Shown here piece by piece: positions 26,560 to 39,319 of a stretch of 64,000 nt of DNA. This DNA is from Camelus dromedarius (lineage: Eukaryota). Each line of letters opens with the position of its first letter. Within the stretch, counting starts at the first letter, position 1. The stretch spans positions 40,736,001-40,800,000 of the forward strand of contig NC_087437.1 in the NCBI RefSeq assembly GCF_036321535.1, given 5' to 3'. The notes under the pieces were generated by a model. That model was not told the origin of the DNA and searched no databases. It saw only the letters and a list, made by a program, of their open reading frames with translations. Made by a program: the position numbers and the translations under genes.

Positions 26560-26712
26560 TGAGGATGGACTAGGCTCTAGTCTTTGTCCTTTTACTAATT
26601 TGGCTGTCCTTGGGCAAGTCACTTAACGTCTCTGGGTTTTATTACTTCAATTGTAAAACATAGGGAAAGGAGAAGGCCAGCTGGGATGATTTCTGAGGTT
26701 CCTTCTAGCTGT
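26560..26712 (+). mobile_element. MIR/MIR3 SINE
   Basis: ccttgggcaagtcacttaacgtctctggg...gatgatttctgaggttccttctagct. Confidence 0.7.
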
Positions 26713-27803
26713 GAGGTTAGACTTCATAATTCTGTTGTCTGTCATGAACCAGCCTTGGATTCAATGGTATTCCCAAAATGTTCATAAAAACCCTTTCCAA
26801 AGGATAAACTCTAGGCTGAATAAATACATCCGCTCAGCTGCATTCAGGTTTCTTCAGAGTGTTTCCAGTATGACCTTCCACTATTCCCAGCCAGGTCTCT
26901 ACTTAACCATAGTAGTCTGCACATATGTTGTTTTCATTCACACTTCTAGTATTTGCTTATGGGGTTCCCATTTCTGCAATAGCCTTTCCTTTCATTTAGT
27001 TACATGAGAAAATACTACATGTCATTCAAAATACAGTTCAACTGTAATTTCTCTGTGGCGGTGAATCGTTCCCTGGTCTCTTTTTTGGAGGGTCCTATAA
27101 CATGTTATAGCATATGTCACGTCTCATAAATAGTGGAGTTTCCACGTCTGACTGCTGCCATGTTGCTGACTTGATTTCAGGGATTGTGCCAGTGCTTAGC
27201 TAGGCCTATGCTTGTCACAAAGTAAGAACAGAACCCAATGTTCCTCTGATGTACTGCAAAGATGATATTTTTCAGAATCATAATTCACTGATTTTGGGTC
27301 CTCAGATAGCCAGCCAGCCTTTATTCTGGGCCTTGCAATACGGCCACGTTAACCTACTGGGACTCCTAGTTCCCGCTGAAGTTGGGAGGGGCTTCTTTTT
27401 TTTTTTTTTTTTTTAATATAAATGATATATTCAAAATATACATAACATAGAATACCTAAAAATAGGGGAAAGCAGTAAGATATTAAAGCATTTAACTCTG
27501 ATTTTATAAATTTTTTAGCAATTTTTATGGGCCAGGTTCCTTCACAAACATCCTCTCTTTTTTTTTTTTTTTTTGAAAGGGGTTGCATATACAAACTTCT
27601 AAAGGCCAGTTTGAAAACTGTTGATCTCTGAAAATGTATTTTACTTCTCAGTAAAATTATTGGAATCCCAGTAATTCTTCTGAGCTGCTGTAGACCTCAC
27701 ATGAGAGTAGTTGGATGTCACATGGGGAAGGATGCCAAAAGTAAATTCTCCCTGACTGCATCAACTGAGGAATTAGGAAGCACGGACAGCATCTCACCTT
27801 GAA

Positions 27804-28005
27804 CACTGTTTCTCAGTGGAGGAGGAGTCCTGTTGGCTTTCAGGGGGGATACTTTTTAATGTGCAGGGTTAGTGCAGGATATTCAGCATTCCTGATCCCA
27901 GTCCACCGAAGCCAGTAGTAGTACCCACCCCCTTCCCTGGGGTCTGTAACAATTAAAAAAATACCCTTTAGTGAGATAGCACTGCCCTGAGGTTGAGAAC
28001 CATTG
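27804..28005. mobile_element. MER20-like hAT element
   Basis: Termini cactgtttctca...tgagaaccattg form imperfect inverted repeats; the body resembles 5065-5282. Confidence 0.55.
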
Positions 28006-31000
28006 ATTTTAGAAGAAACCAGGAGGCTGCCCATATCGTAAATACCATTTTCCTGACATGCAATCTTAGATCTAAGATCTTCTTAATCCTAAAGACTTTG
28101 ATGTAGCTGTCAACTCTGGTTCAGGACTGGATATCAGCAACTTGAGAGCTATTTTTGACTGAGAAGAACTGAAAGGATGGAAAATCCATTCCTTTCTTTT
28201 GTAAAGATTTTATGATTTACAAGAAGTTTTAGCGAATGCTGTCTCATTGGCCCTTCTTGTGATAGGGCAGTTTTAGTACACATTAAAATCCACAATGAGA
28301 TAGATGAGTATTGTGATGTATTGTATTTGACTGGTTTGGTAAAGTAGGTTTAAAGAGAAGAAAATGAATTTCACACATGATTTTGGGAGTTTTAGTTTTA
28401 CTTTTGACTGAAGCCCACCACCAGGAAATGACACTCTGGAAGCTCTCCCTCCCTGCCTTAAATGTTGTCTAGATTGTCAATCTAAGTCAAAAATGTGGAG
28501 GCAAAAGCCAGAAAACTCCACTGAATGGGGAAGACGTGGCAGGCAGACATTTGTAGCTTTAGAAGGTGCTAGATCCTGTAACAACATTCATTCATTTCTG
28601 GCAATGCAGGCAGTTCATACATTCTGGGAAAAGCAGCATCCTGCAATGCATCAGGATTCAATACCGAACCGTTGAAGCAACTGATTGATGGCATAATTTG
28701 CAAAACGACAAGAGCCATCTTGCAGAAAGACAGTGCAGATCCCTATATAGCTTCATCAGAACCAGAGACCTGAAGTTCTGTTCACCCTCTTGATTGTTCT
28801 AGTCAGAAAACGTAGGTAAAGTAAAAATTCCTCAGAAAAGAGTCTTATGTGTTAAGTGGCCTAAAAATGATACACATCAATTATCTGAGAGACTAGTGTT
28901 TTTCAAAGAGGCGTGTAGCATGGTGCTTAAGAACACAAACTTGTTAGCTGTATGAATTTGGGCAGCTTATTTAACTACTTTGTGATCTAGTTTTTTCATC
29001 TGTAAGAAGGGGATAATAACATTACCAACATTGTAGAGATAGAGTAAATGTAAATAACTCTTAGCTTTTATCATCATCGTCATTATTGTTCCTGGGTGAA
29101 GTACTAGCATGAAATGTCAGGGCTTCCAATAAATAATGATGTAAAAATAAGAATCTTCATTTATTTTTGATTATTTGGGCTGAATGTGGCAGCATATGGG
29201 CTGTTCAAGTCCTTGGCCCCATTTTCATAGAACCATAGAATGTTATAGCTTGCAGGACCTGAAACACTATTTCAGTCAAATTTCCTGTTTTAGAGATGAA
29301 GATGATGAAAGTAAGAGGAGTTATATCCTTCTTCAGATTCTTGCAACAAGGATTCTGAAGTTTTGAGTGCTTTTCTTCTGGCTCACAGTTCCACCCATGA
29401 AATTTCTACCTATTGACTATTCTTGATCAGTAGTTCACCTGGCGGGGGGGTGCGAGAGAATCTGAAATCCAGATACATGCACTTTCCTATTCTTAGCAGC
29501 TCAGGTAAAGATTTGGTGGCTAAACTCATTGATAAAAACAGGTTTTCATGACGAATGAAAACATGCACGATGTTAAAAGATGCAAAGAGCAGTGGATTGA
29601 GAGAGAAGGCTCAAGTCTTGCTTCTGCCTCTGTGGTTAACTTGGGTGACCATTCTCAGCCTCAATTTCTCTGTTTGTAAAATAAGAGAGTTGGGTTATAT
29701 GATTGGCACAATAATATTTGTATAAATATATTCTCTAATGAACAATTAAGTCTTTACAATTTTGAAAACCATTTTGTCATCAGAATATTCAAACACCTGA
29801 ATGCAATTGTTTCTTAATTTGCTAATTATTTTAAAAACAAACAAAGGAAAAATACAATTTAAAAAAATGAACAGGCAGTGGAAACCAGCTTGCTCATTTG
29901 TAGGACAGTTCATTGCCTTTGGCAAATGAGAATCAGTTAATTCCAGGCATTTGCTTATTGACTTGCTAGAATAGAATGATCTGTTTTTCTTTCATTTTTG
30001 TCACTAATCACCAGTTAAAACTTTTAAAGAGAGGCTCAGTTGTTCTTGGAGAAGGATAATATTCTGTGACCTGCCAGACTATGATGCCTTCAGCTCTCCC
30101 CTGATTAATGTACGTGTTTTCTTTCTAAGCTAAGCTCCTTCTGAATTTAGGAACAATAGTAACTGTCTGCAACACTCACGAAGGCCAATCAAATACTTCC
30201 TCAAAGAGATAAATATCTCTTTAAGGTAAAGTGAAAAATAACATACAACTCCATTTAAGTATTAAGTTTATGAAGTTGCCTCATCATAGTGAAATGCAAG
30301 ACTCTTGGGCTGATCTGTCCCTTATTCCCTGGAGGAGGACAGCAAGACACAATCCTCAGGAGCAGTCTGTCTTGGCCATCACTACCTATGCCCCCAGAGG
30401 GGGTAGGAGTGTGGTTGTCAGGGTAAGATTTGATGTTCTATATTTGTCTCCTGTTTATTTACTAAAGAAAAATGCCACAGGGAATACTCATTTTTTGGGT
30501 AGGTGAGTGTATGGCATGAACTGACCTGGAACAATGGTCTGAATTCAACAAATATTTATTGGGTACCATGTGCCAGTCTGTAGGAGTTTCAAACACCTGT
30601 GACTGCAGCATTTCTGTGCTAATATGGGACACTCCTCAGTTACTTGATTGATTAAGCAGATGTTTGTATGGTCCCAGCATGAATTTCAAAGCTACATTGT
30701 CAGTTTTGCTTATTTCCTTGAACATAAAATTGGTTAAATCCCTCAAGCTAAAAATAGTGAAAATTAAACTTTTTTCAGCTCAGAGATAATATACTTTCTC
30801 CCTTCCAAAATCCAGACCCTTCCAAGAGATAAACAATTCCCATGAAATGAATAAACCATGATTCCCAACAAAAGATGTTTATCATTAAAGTCAGCATGAT
30901 CTGCTAGAGGCCAGGGTTGACAATCTCCCTATGTTCCCTTTTAGTAATATTATTCCATATGCAAGAATTGCCTGAAAATGGTATGCTTGACCAGCATTAG

Positions 31001-31084
31001 GCTGAGAGTACATCTCAGCTATTTCTCTGGCTGAGTATCTTACACATTACCATCCATTCCTTTGTTAAGATTTTAAGATTGATT

Positions 31085-31178
31085 CATCTATCTGTCTGTC
31101 TGTCTGTCTATCTATCTACCTACCTACCTATTATATTATTATATATAGTTTATATTATATATATTTAATATATATATA
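31085..31178. repeat. Compound TCTG/TCTA/CCTA and TA-rich simple repeat
   Basis: Visible directly. Confidence 0.8.
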
Positions 31179-31507
31179 CTTGAATTCCAAATAAGAACCT
31201 TTAGGTTATTTCTAAGCTGGAATTTAGGAAACCAGCAAGACAGTAAAATGGATGGAACATTTTACTTTATTTTATGGTAAAATGGAATCCATATGAAGGA
31301 AACTCCAGAGGTCACCGGCTCCTTCAGTGAGACCTGTGCTCTCTTTGCTAGCCTTATTGCTTGAGCATATTTGGGCCTTTGGGGATGTCCTAGGCACAAA
31401 TGGCTTTTTCTGCTTTCTTGGTAGAAGTTTTAAAGCAAAGTCCCAAATCCTTATTCCCAATTTCACATTCTCAGTTGCTGTGAGAGTGTTTTTAGGATTT
31501 TCCAAAG

Positions 31508-31716
31508 CAGCATTGTGCAATAGAACTTTATGTAATATTTGAAGTTTTCTATATCTGTACTGTCCAATAAGGCAGTCATTAGCCACGTATGATTTTATTG
31601 AGCACTTGAAATATGGCTTGTGTGATTAAAAGCTGAATTTTTAATGTTTAAATTTTTAACTTATTAAAATTTAAATAACTTCATGTGGCTAGTGACTACC
31701 ATATTGGACAGAGTGG
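31508..31716. mobile_element. MER3-like hAT-Charlie MITE
   Basis: cagcattgtgcaatagaacttt...ctgtccaata...tagccac...atgtggctagtgactaccatattggacag; degenerate 8-bp flanks ttccaaag/ttccagaa. Confidence 0.8.
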
Positions 31717-33953
31717 TTCCAGAAAGTTTAAGATTATGGTTCTCAGGCCAGCACCCCAGGAACAGTATCTTTGCAGGATCACTTGGTGAGGGTGCAATAG
31801 AAGTTATGTATTTAATTATGAGTTATGCCTTAATTGGTTCTAGAAGAAGTTTGAAGGAGAATGTCCTTATTAGCACTAAGAAGGCATAAAGGGATCTTTA
31901 AGTAAAGGATAACAAATGATAGGAATATGTTGTGATAAATATTAAGAGATAAAAGAGCAGAATAGTGCCATTTGAATTGAATTTGAATTTCTAAATTCTA
32001 TATGTTGGAGCAGGATAGAACTATACAATTTGATATAAAAATTTCCTCCTTCTCAATGAGATTACTAGGGCTATAAAAATCCAATTAATGAAGGTGAGAT
32101 TTTTATAATGGGCTGAAAGAGAAGCGAGGAGAAATGAACAGAGCATCAGGTCTGTTGTATGTTAGAGTGGACTAGAACTCTAGGACCATTCATAATGAAA
32201 TTATTTAATTGACCTAATTGTGAAAATTCAATGAAATGATTCATGAAAGAACTTAGCATAGTGTCTAGCACTTGATAGATATTAGGCCTTATTATGATTA
32301 TTTCTGCCAAGATCTTTTTGAGGCCTCTTCCAAATACCTGTGAGGAAGGTGCTTGGGGTAACTGAGTTTGGAAAAAATTATTTGTTGAAAATAGATCATA
32401 TAGGTAGAAATATAGACAACATAAAGGCACACAGAGAAATGCCATAGCACCATCCACATCTGCAAATTGCTGCCATAGGGAGAACAGTTACTGAGGAAGG
32501 TGGATCAGTTATCTCAGTTATGCTGGGTCAAATGACACTGGAATACTGAGGCCAGAGGGGGAAGAACAGAAGCAAAAAGCAGGTAAGAGGACTGCTTGTA
32601 TTTTAAATGTTTATAATTACTGAATATAGTTCACTCATGCTGATATTCTTGTCAAAGATAATCAAAGAAGGCATCATGGAAGAATACTGGAGGCACCATG
32701 GGGGTAGTGGAAAGAACACTGGCTTTGGAGTCAAGTCAACTGGATTCCAATCCTAACTCTTCAGTCATATGACAGACTAATAACTGTCTTTTAGTTCCCG
32801 ATTTCTTTTTTATAAAACAATGTTGCTTAGTGGTCTTTAAGGTTGCTCACTCAAGGGTGTAATTCTAAATATGAAAGCACAAGTGGGTTCTAGTCGTCCA
32901 GATTCCCTGAAGCCCTGCTGCTTTTTCAGGAAAGCCTGCTGTTTTAGTCCTCTAACATGTTTCTGTTATCCTGAAGCTCAAGTTGTGTGAACAGTGGTGT
33001 CTCAAGCAGCATGCACAAAAGCAGTTGGTGTGGTGGGAGTGAGTGACAGTGGGTGGGTGAACAGATTAAAGAGGAAAGGGTTGGAAGAGAGAGTAGTGTG
33101 TGTGTGAAAAAGCAGGCCTTCTAACTTAGACTCTTGCTGTATTCTCCACTAACAGCTATCCAAAGCCAAGTGCCAAAATAAGGGCATGAAAATAGCTTGG
33201 ACTTCAGAGTTAAGCAGACCTGAATTTGAATCCAAGTGCTGGGTTTGAAAACGTAACTGCAGTTTTCTTTACTTTGTGATACTTATGGTTAGCAGCTATT
33301 GTGAAGCTTAAATGAGATAATATGACCCAGCAGATGGTAGGTTAAAGTAAATATTCTCTTAACTTGGTCTCCCAAAATTGGCTTATTTGAACACAAAATT
33401 GTTCCTCATCTAACCTATAATGTAAAAGACTAGTCAGAAACACACAGGACTGCTTAGAGATCTATAGCTACAGGATGTAAATAATGAGCAGTGGGGAAAG
33501 ATGGGTGCTGAAGAGAGAAAAAAAATCTTAGCCAGGAATATGAAACCCAGTCTCTCTGTTAATGAAGCCTCTGCCTTTGTGCAGCCTCACAGTTCTCTGG
33601 TTCCTGAAAGCCACAGAAGTGTTTATCAGAACAGTAACTCTAACTGCATTTCCAACACTTTACCCACAGGAAGATTCACCACGTAGGCAGTGAAACAGAA
33701 CGAGGCACCACATTCATCCCCATTTGAAGTTAGCAGAGCTGGATCCTAGAATGATACCGGCTCTTGTTCCTCTACCCAGGAGTGTGGAAAACCTCCTTTC
33801 AAGAGAAGTCCGGGAGAAGGCAAAGAACCAGGAAGTGTATAGCACCTTTACGCGTTTCTCTAGGTCGCTCTAACGCAGTTTCTGCTTTGGAGAAATATTG
33901 GCAGCAATGAGCCACCAGTCCCCCAGCAGTATAAGCTCCCGCCTCAGAGAACT

Positions 33954-33974
33954 TTCAGCACCGCGGACAGCGCT
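33954..33974 (+). promoter_or_regulatory. RE1/NRSE silencer (REST/NRSF binding site)
   Basis: TTCAGCACCGCGGACAGCGCT vs consensus TTCAGCACCACGGACAGCGCC: 19/21, with differences at a spacer position and the last base. Confidence 0.9.
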
Positions 33975-35208
33975 CAGTCCCGCTGTCTTCTCTGCGGCCC
34001 AGACTCCAGACAGATGCTATCCTGCCCCTGGCATTCTCCTGGACCCCCTATTGAGCGGAGGGGAAGAAGGCGGCGGGGGGGGGGGGGCAGTTTATCATTC
34101 TGTGTTTCTTGGTCAACTCCAGCTAGTGACTGACCCCATCACTTCGGCGAGAATCCCCCTCAAGAGACAATGCCTTTGCACCTCTTGGTTCAAGACAATG
34201 AACCAAGCTTGACCCAGGTAGTTGGGTGAGGAATGCCAGGAGCAGGCGAGAGCTCTGCAGGTCCAGCCTTCCCATAAATTTCCTCTGCCTTCACTTCGCT
34301 TCTAGTCGTTTGGCGACTTCTATCTTACTTTTCAATCACAATACAAAATAATGGCGGGGCGGGGGGAGGTGATTCAAGAGCGAGAAGAAGGTTTGGGGCT
34401 GCGTCCAGCGAGGCCACCCTACCTTACTCCGGCCCTCTGGATTCCTAGGACACTGATGTGCTTTGGAATGGGAGAAGAGAGGAGACTCTGACTAGGTGGA
34501 AGTGCAGTCGATAATCCTCTCCCCAGGGCTGCCCCCTCTGGCCAGGGAGCTTCCCTGGACACTTCACCCATCACGTCCTCCTCGTCGCCCCTGTCATGTC
34601 ACTGCTCTCCGGGGACAGGTGTCCCTCAGAGCACACCGGCCTGGCAGGTCACTGGGCTCAGCTACAGTCCCTTTGAAGAGTTTGCTCTCAGGTAAACAGG
34701 CAGACGTTGTCCCCGCCCTCCCCTCGGGCTTCGGCCGGAAAAGCTTCTCGTCCTTTCAGTGGGCTCCCTCCGAGGCCGAGAACCAAGCTGCGCGAGCCGG
34801 GTGTGTGCTAAAGCGGCGGGGAAAGGACGGGCCCGGCGTCTGTGGACACCCGAGCAGCCCGGACGCTGCTCGCAGCTCCCTCCTCCGCCTCTTGCTCCCG
34901 CCGCGCCAGAGATGTATTTGCCCCAGCCCCGCCTGGCAGACCCGGCGTCCCCTAACCCTGGATGCTGTCAGGCCCCATTCTAGGCCAGAGTCTTAGAGAC
35001 CCTGACCTAGCTTCTTCCTTCTTCCAGGGGACCCCTTCCCGGAGGGCGCCCTCAGCCTCTGCGCCATGTTCCTGCTTTCCCTCTCCGGGTCGCTCCGGCT
35101 CCTAGGTTCATTCAACGAGCGAGGCGATCATCCTATTCCTGAGGGTCCCAGCTGGGATGCAGGGAACACAGAGGGGGACAGACTGCGGCGAAGGGGACGT
35201 TCACTCAC

Positions 35209-35350
35209 CAGAGGGCTGAAGGTGATGAACTGGCTGCTGGGGCTGGTGGCCGGTCCGCACTTACAGCGCCAGGCTCTGTCTCTCCCACTATGATGCGGAG
35301 TGGTGGTGGCAAAGGAAGGCAGGATGCAGCCGCTGCTGCCGAACAGCTCC
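35209..35350 (-). other. Probable non-coding first exon (5' UTR) of an unidentified minus-strand gene
   Basis: Donor CTG|GTGAGT with intron starting at 35208; alternative donor GCT|GTAAGT at 35264; no ATG seen on the minus strand; lies in the CpG region just downstream of promoter motifs. The TSS position is a guess. Confidence 0.6.
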
Positions 35351-35431
35351 TCAATTATTCAGATTGCCCCCCCTATCCTGCACCCCTCCTAGCGGCCTGT
35401 CAGTCGTCCCTCCAGCTAGCCTATCTCCGCC

Positions 35432-35448
35432 TTCCTGGAATCACGTGA
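35432..35448. promoter_or_regulatory. Abutting STAT (GAS) motif and palindromic E-box
   Basis: TTCCTGGAA 35432-35440 is directly followed by TCACGTGA 35441-35448. Confidence 0.5.
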
Positions 35449-35512
35449 GCTGCCCAACCCCTTACATTATCGAGCCTAAGCCTCTCACCAGACGCCCCCA
35501 CCCCTCACCCCC

Positions 35513-35513
<1 letters not shown>

Positions 35514-35557
<44 letters not shown>
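35514..35557. repeat. (AC)22 microsatellite
   Basis: Perfect 44-bp dinucleotide run. Confidence 0.97.
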
Positions 35558-35559
<2 letters not shown>

Positions 35560-35974
35560 CTCTATCTGCCACTGTCAACTCCCTGCCCTACTGAGCCTCC
35601 AGGTGCCACTTCCAGTATCTCAGGCTGAGACTGAGGAGCAAGAGATGGGGGCAGTTCTCTGTCCTGGGAAGGGACCAGGCAGAACTCTGCAGAACCCACA
35701 GCCTCTGCCAGAAGCTCTACTTCTACTGGGCTTGGCACTGTTTGAAGCTGGCTACCCAGACCTGCTTATTGCCCCCTGAAAGCTTCTTCTCTCCTCCACC
35801 AAGCCCTTGCTGCTCTTAAATTTCTTCCACCTCCCTCAGCATTACTGAAAAGAAAGGATGGGATCTCCTCCCCTCCTAAAAAACAAACAAACAAACAAAA
35901 AAAAAACAAGACCTTCTTCCTTCTCCAAAGCTCAAATAGGTCAAGTTTGTCTTTGAATTCTCGACATCTTATGA

Positions 35975-36175
35975 GTAGAAAGAACCAGGATTTGAAATTT
36001 GAAGACTGACGAGGAATTCCACTCTGTGTGACCTTAAGGGTATCTAACTTCTCCTAGCCTTTCTTCTCTCATCTGTGAAATGACTCCCTCACAGAACTGT
36101 TGTGAGAATTAGAAATGATAATATTCTTAAAATTGCCTAACTCTGTGCTGGACAAATATTTAGAACTCAATCAAT
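35975..36175 (+). mobile_element. MIR SINE
   Basis: ctgtgtgaccttaagg...tctcatctgtgaaatg...gttgtgagaattagaaatgataat. Confidence 0.7.
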
Positions 36176-38379
36176 GAGAGTTGTTCCCCTGTCTCTGTTA
36201 AAATAAATTTCAGAAAACAATGAGATTGTGATTTGTGCCAGTAGAATGAAGGTATCTTTTGTAAACTTGGAAGGAGGCATCTGTGAGATCAGGTTAGACA
36301 GGTAACATCTGAGTGGGGAGAAGAGATACACAAGGCTTATATTTTTTCATTGGTTCTGTTAAGGTGAGTATCCCAGAGCTATGTTATGTCTCAAAAGGAT
36401 AAGGACTAGATGGTACAAACCCAGGCATGTTTGGCCTCATCAGAGAATGAATTATTGATCATGCGTTGAATAGATTGATTTAGATGGAAAGTATCTACAT
36501 GAATTCTTGCATGTTTGGTCCAAGCCCTTAAAATACATGGGAGCTAATGAGATATAACTCCCTGTCCTTGGAAACAAACTCGTTGGGCTTGTGCTTGAGG
36601 AGAATACTGGCTGTTTGACACCTCACCCCTCCCCTAGAATGGAGCAGTTCAAATCTACCTTTAGGTTGTGGATTCTAGCTCAGAGGGCCTGGGTTCTCCC
36701 CAGAAAAATGACTAATCAATGCCAGGACAGTCTGGGAAAGACCACCTAGCTTAAGCTCATTACTGCGTTGGACCAACATCCAGGTCTGAAGTCTTGAGAC
36801 ATCCCTGTAATTCAAGCTTATGAGAGTCCTGCAGGGTACATCAGACCTCCTGGGATCCCCAAGAAGCTGTGAAACATTTCAGGAAAGGCATAGAGTTAAA
36901 GACTCAGAAATTTGGAGTCTTAATGCAAGCTCTGCTGGTTATTTATTGTGTGATCTTTGGCAAGTCATTCAAGCTCTCAGAGCCTTATCTTTACAACAGG
37001 AATAGAATGTCTGCCTTCTCCATGAGCTAGTTTTAATGTTCAAATGGGATAATGTATGAGAAGCTATAGCATGAAAGGTGAAGAGTAAATAAATGCAAGC
37101 TATTAACATAATGGACTAAAGAAAACCCTGAATTTATTCTAGACCAGATGCATTATGGACATGAAGGGATAGGAAGATGTGATTTGTCACAGAATGGGCA
37201 GCTCCTAAAATGTCAGTGTTTTTCCTTAAGTCAATGTGCGTGCATATAATTCAAGGGATGTGGTGTTTTGAGTGCTGTGTTTTTACATTTTCACTGTCTT
37301 CTGTGATGGATTTCTGGATTAAATCTCTTTTTTTTCCCCCTGGCTTTTCATTTTTAGAACAACACCAGACACAATCACAGTGGTTATGAGTATTTTATAT
37401 CTGACATAAGTTTGTGGCTGTATTTCTGGACAACAGGTTTAGACTTTTTTGCCTTTCCTAGGTAAAACTGATTTGGGTTGACAATTCAAAATGGGTTTGA
37501 TTTCAAAGAAAAAATATTCAGCAGCTAGGAGTAATTTCTAGTTAGTCATCAACACCTCAAATAATGATATGCGTCTCTAATCCACTGCATATAAACTCAA
37601 TAAAATCTTCACGCAAATCAGGAGCCACTGAGGAACTCCCCTACCTCTAAGCAGACTCTAGTCCACTTTCCTGGTATTCTTCCTTTTAATATTCCTCAAG
37701 TGTCAATCAGACCTCTTTATATTTAAGGACACCAAAAGTCCAGATACATACCATTAAAAAAAAATGTCCAGGACAGGTGAAATGCTACCTCTGACTCCTA
37801 CGTACTCTGTGTTGTGAGGAAACATGAGAAATGAAAGAATAAGCATGAAATAATTTAATTTTCCCTCAGAAATGGTTTTTATGAGCAGTTACTTGGATGA
37901 GTGTAAGTTTCAGAAAATTTTGGACAGTTTCACGAGAAATTACTCTGGGACTCTGAATAATTTTTTCAAGCTAGTTTTCAATGCCCAAGTCACCTTTCCC
38001 AGAACAGGAGAGAAAGGAGCTTGGGGGACAGATCTTGCATAGATTGCAATAGAAAGTTGCACTTTAACAGGATTTCTTGATAAGGTTTCCCTTGGGTCCT
38101 ACTCCTTTACTTACAAGCTCTTATCTTTTGCCTGTTGACTGTTGCCTTTATGAGCTACTGCAGACACTTTCCAGCTGTAGACAGAGCATTAATGAACCAA
38201 TGAATAGAAATGCAGTAGATAAAAATGTAATAGAGCATTTAGAGCCACACACAGCGGGAACAGTTGATGCATATCTCAGTGCCAGGGTTAAGCAATGATA
38301 CTACAGAGTGACTGCTAATTAGATCTTGAAAATATGCGTCCTAGTTTTCTTTTTCCAACAATTGGAATATGGAAATGTT

Positions 38380-38580
38380 GATTCACTTATTCAACATGTT
38401 CTAGACACTTGAGATACAGCCACAAACCACACAGGAATGGTTCCTGCTCTCCCTTGAGCTTACAGTCTAGTGGATTGAGTCAGACCCTAATCAGGTAAAC
38501 AAAGAAGTAGAGATAAGTACCATGATGAAAACAAAATAGAGTGATATAACAAGGAGCAAAGGGCACCAGTTTGGTTGAGT
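38380..38580 (-). mobile_element. L2 3' fragment
   Basis: attcacttattcaac...ggttcctgctctcccttgagcttacagtctagtgg. Confidence 0.6.
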
Positions 38581-39319
38581 GGTGCAGAACTGACAGAAAC
38601 AAATGCCAGGGGCCCAAAAGTTACTACTTTCCAAGGAAGGAGCAGTGACCTCTTACCTAAGGCCTTTTGCCAAAAGTCTATGTCATTAGCAGGGTAATCA
38701 CTAAAATCCTCCATAACTGACCCACATGGATGATAGTTAGGCCACAAGGAGATTGGCCACACGCATTAACGACAATCAGCTGTTTTTATCTCATGATTCA
38801 TGATGATGGATACCTGACGCTTTCTTCTAGAAGGATCCCAGGCTCATCAGGGCCCTGACTTTTTTCCTCTAAACAGAGTCAGAAACTGAGAAACCAGAAA
38901 CACTGCAACAACCTGGCCAGAGGCTGGTCAAGATCCTTCCAGAGGGAGAGGTGGCTTCTGGGCAACAAAAGGAGAGGAAAGGACACAGAACCAGAACCCA
39001 GCATTCATAGGCCCACAAGAAAGATATATTAAATAAACAACGCAATGCTAGGATTCTACCAATTGGACTGGAATTTTATAAGCCAATTATCTATGAGTAA
39101 TTATTCTCTGGGTATCTAAATTCCAAGAGGAAGAAGGGGGATGCTGACCTGAGCATGTTCATTTCATTCCTCCCAAATTCACATTGAGGTACAGCACTCT
39201 CCTCACCCCAACCCCGAGCAGCGGGAATAAAGTTCCTTAATGATGAAGCTGTGGAAAGAAGTCAGGAGTGTCAAACCAATGGAGTTTGGAAGGAGACATT
39301 AACAAATACTTCTTCCCAT

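Larger units (their letters stand above)
33850..35460. promoter_or_regulatory. CpG-rich promoter region (CpG island-like)
   Basis: Sharp local rise in GC and CpG against a CpG-depleted background, densest at ~34700-34950; several GC boxes; no obvious interspersed repeats. Confidence 0.8.

Noticed and set aside
27781..27791. RE1 right half-site CACGGACAGCA
   Set aside because: The left half (TTCAGCAC) is absent
27456..30757. Isolated perfect MEF2 sites CTAAAAATAG (27456, 30748)
   Set aside because: A few such AT-rich 10-mers are expected by chance in 64 kb; no supporting motif cluster
34496..34996. 166-aa ORF in the CpG region
   Set aside because: GTG start; a Pro/Arg/Ser-rich open frame is expected in GC-rich DNA; no homology recognised
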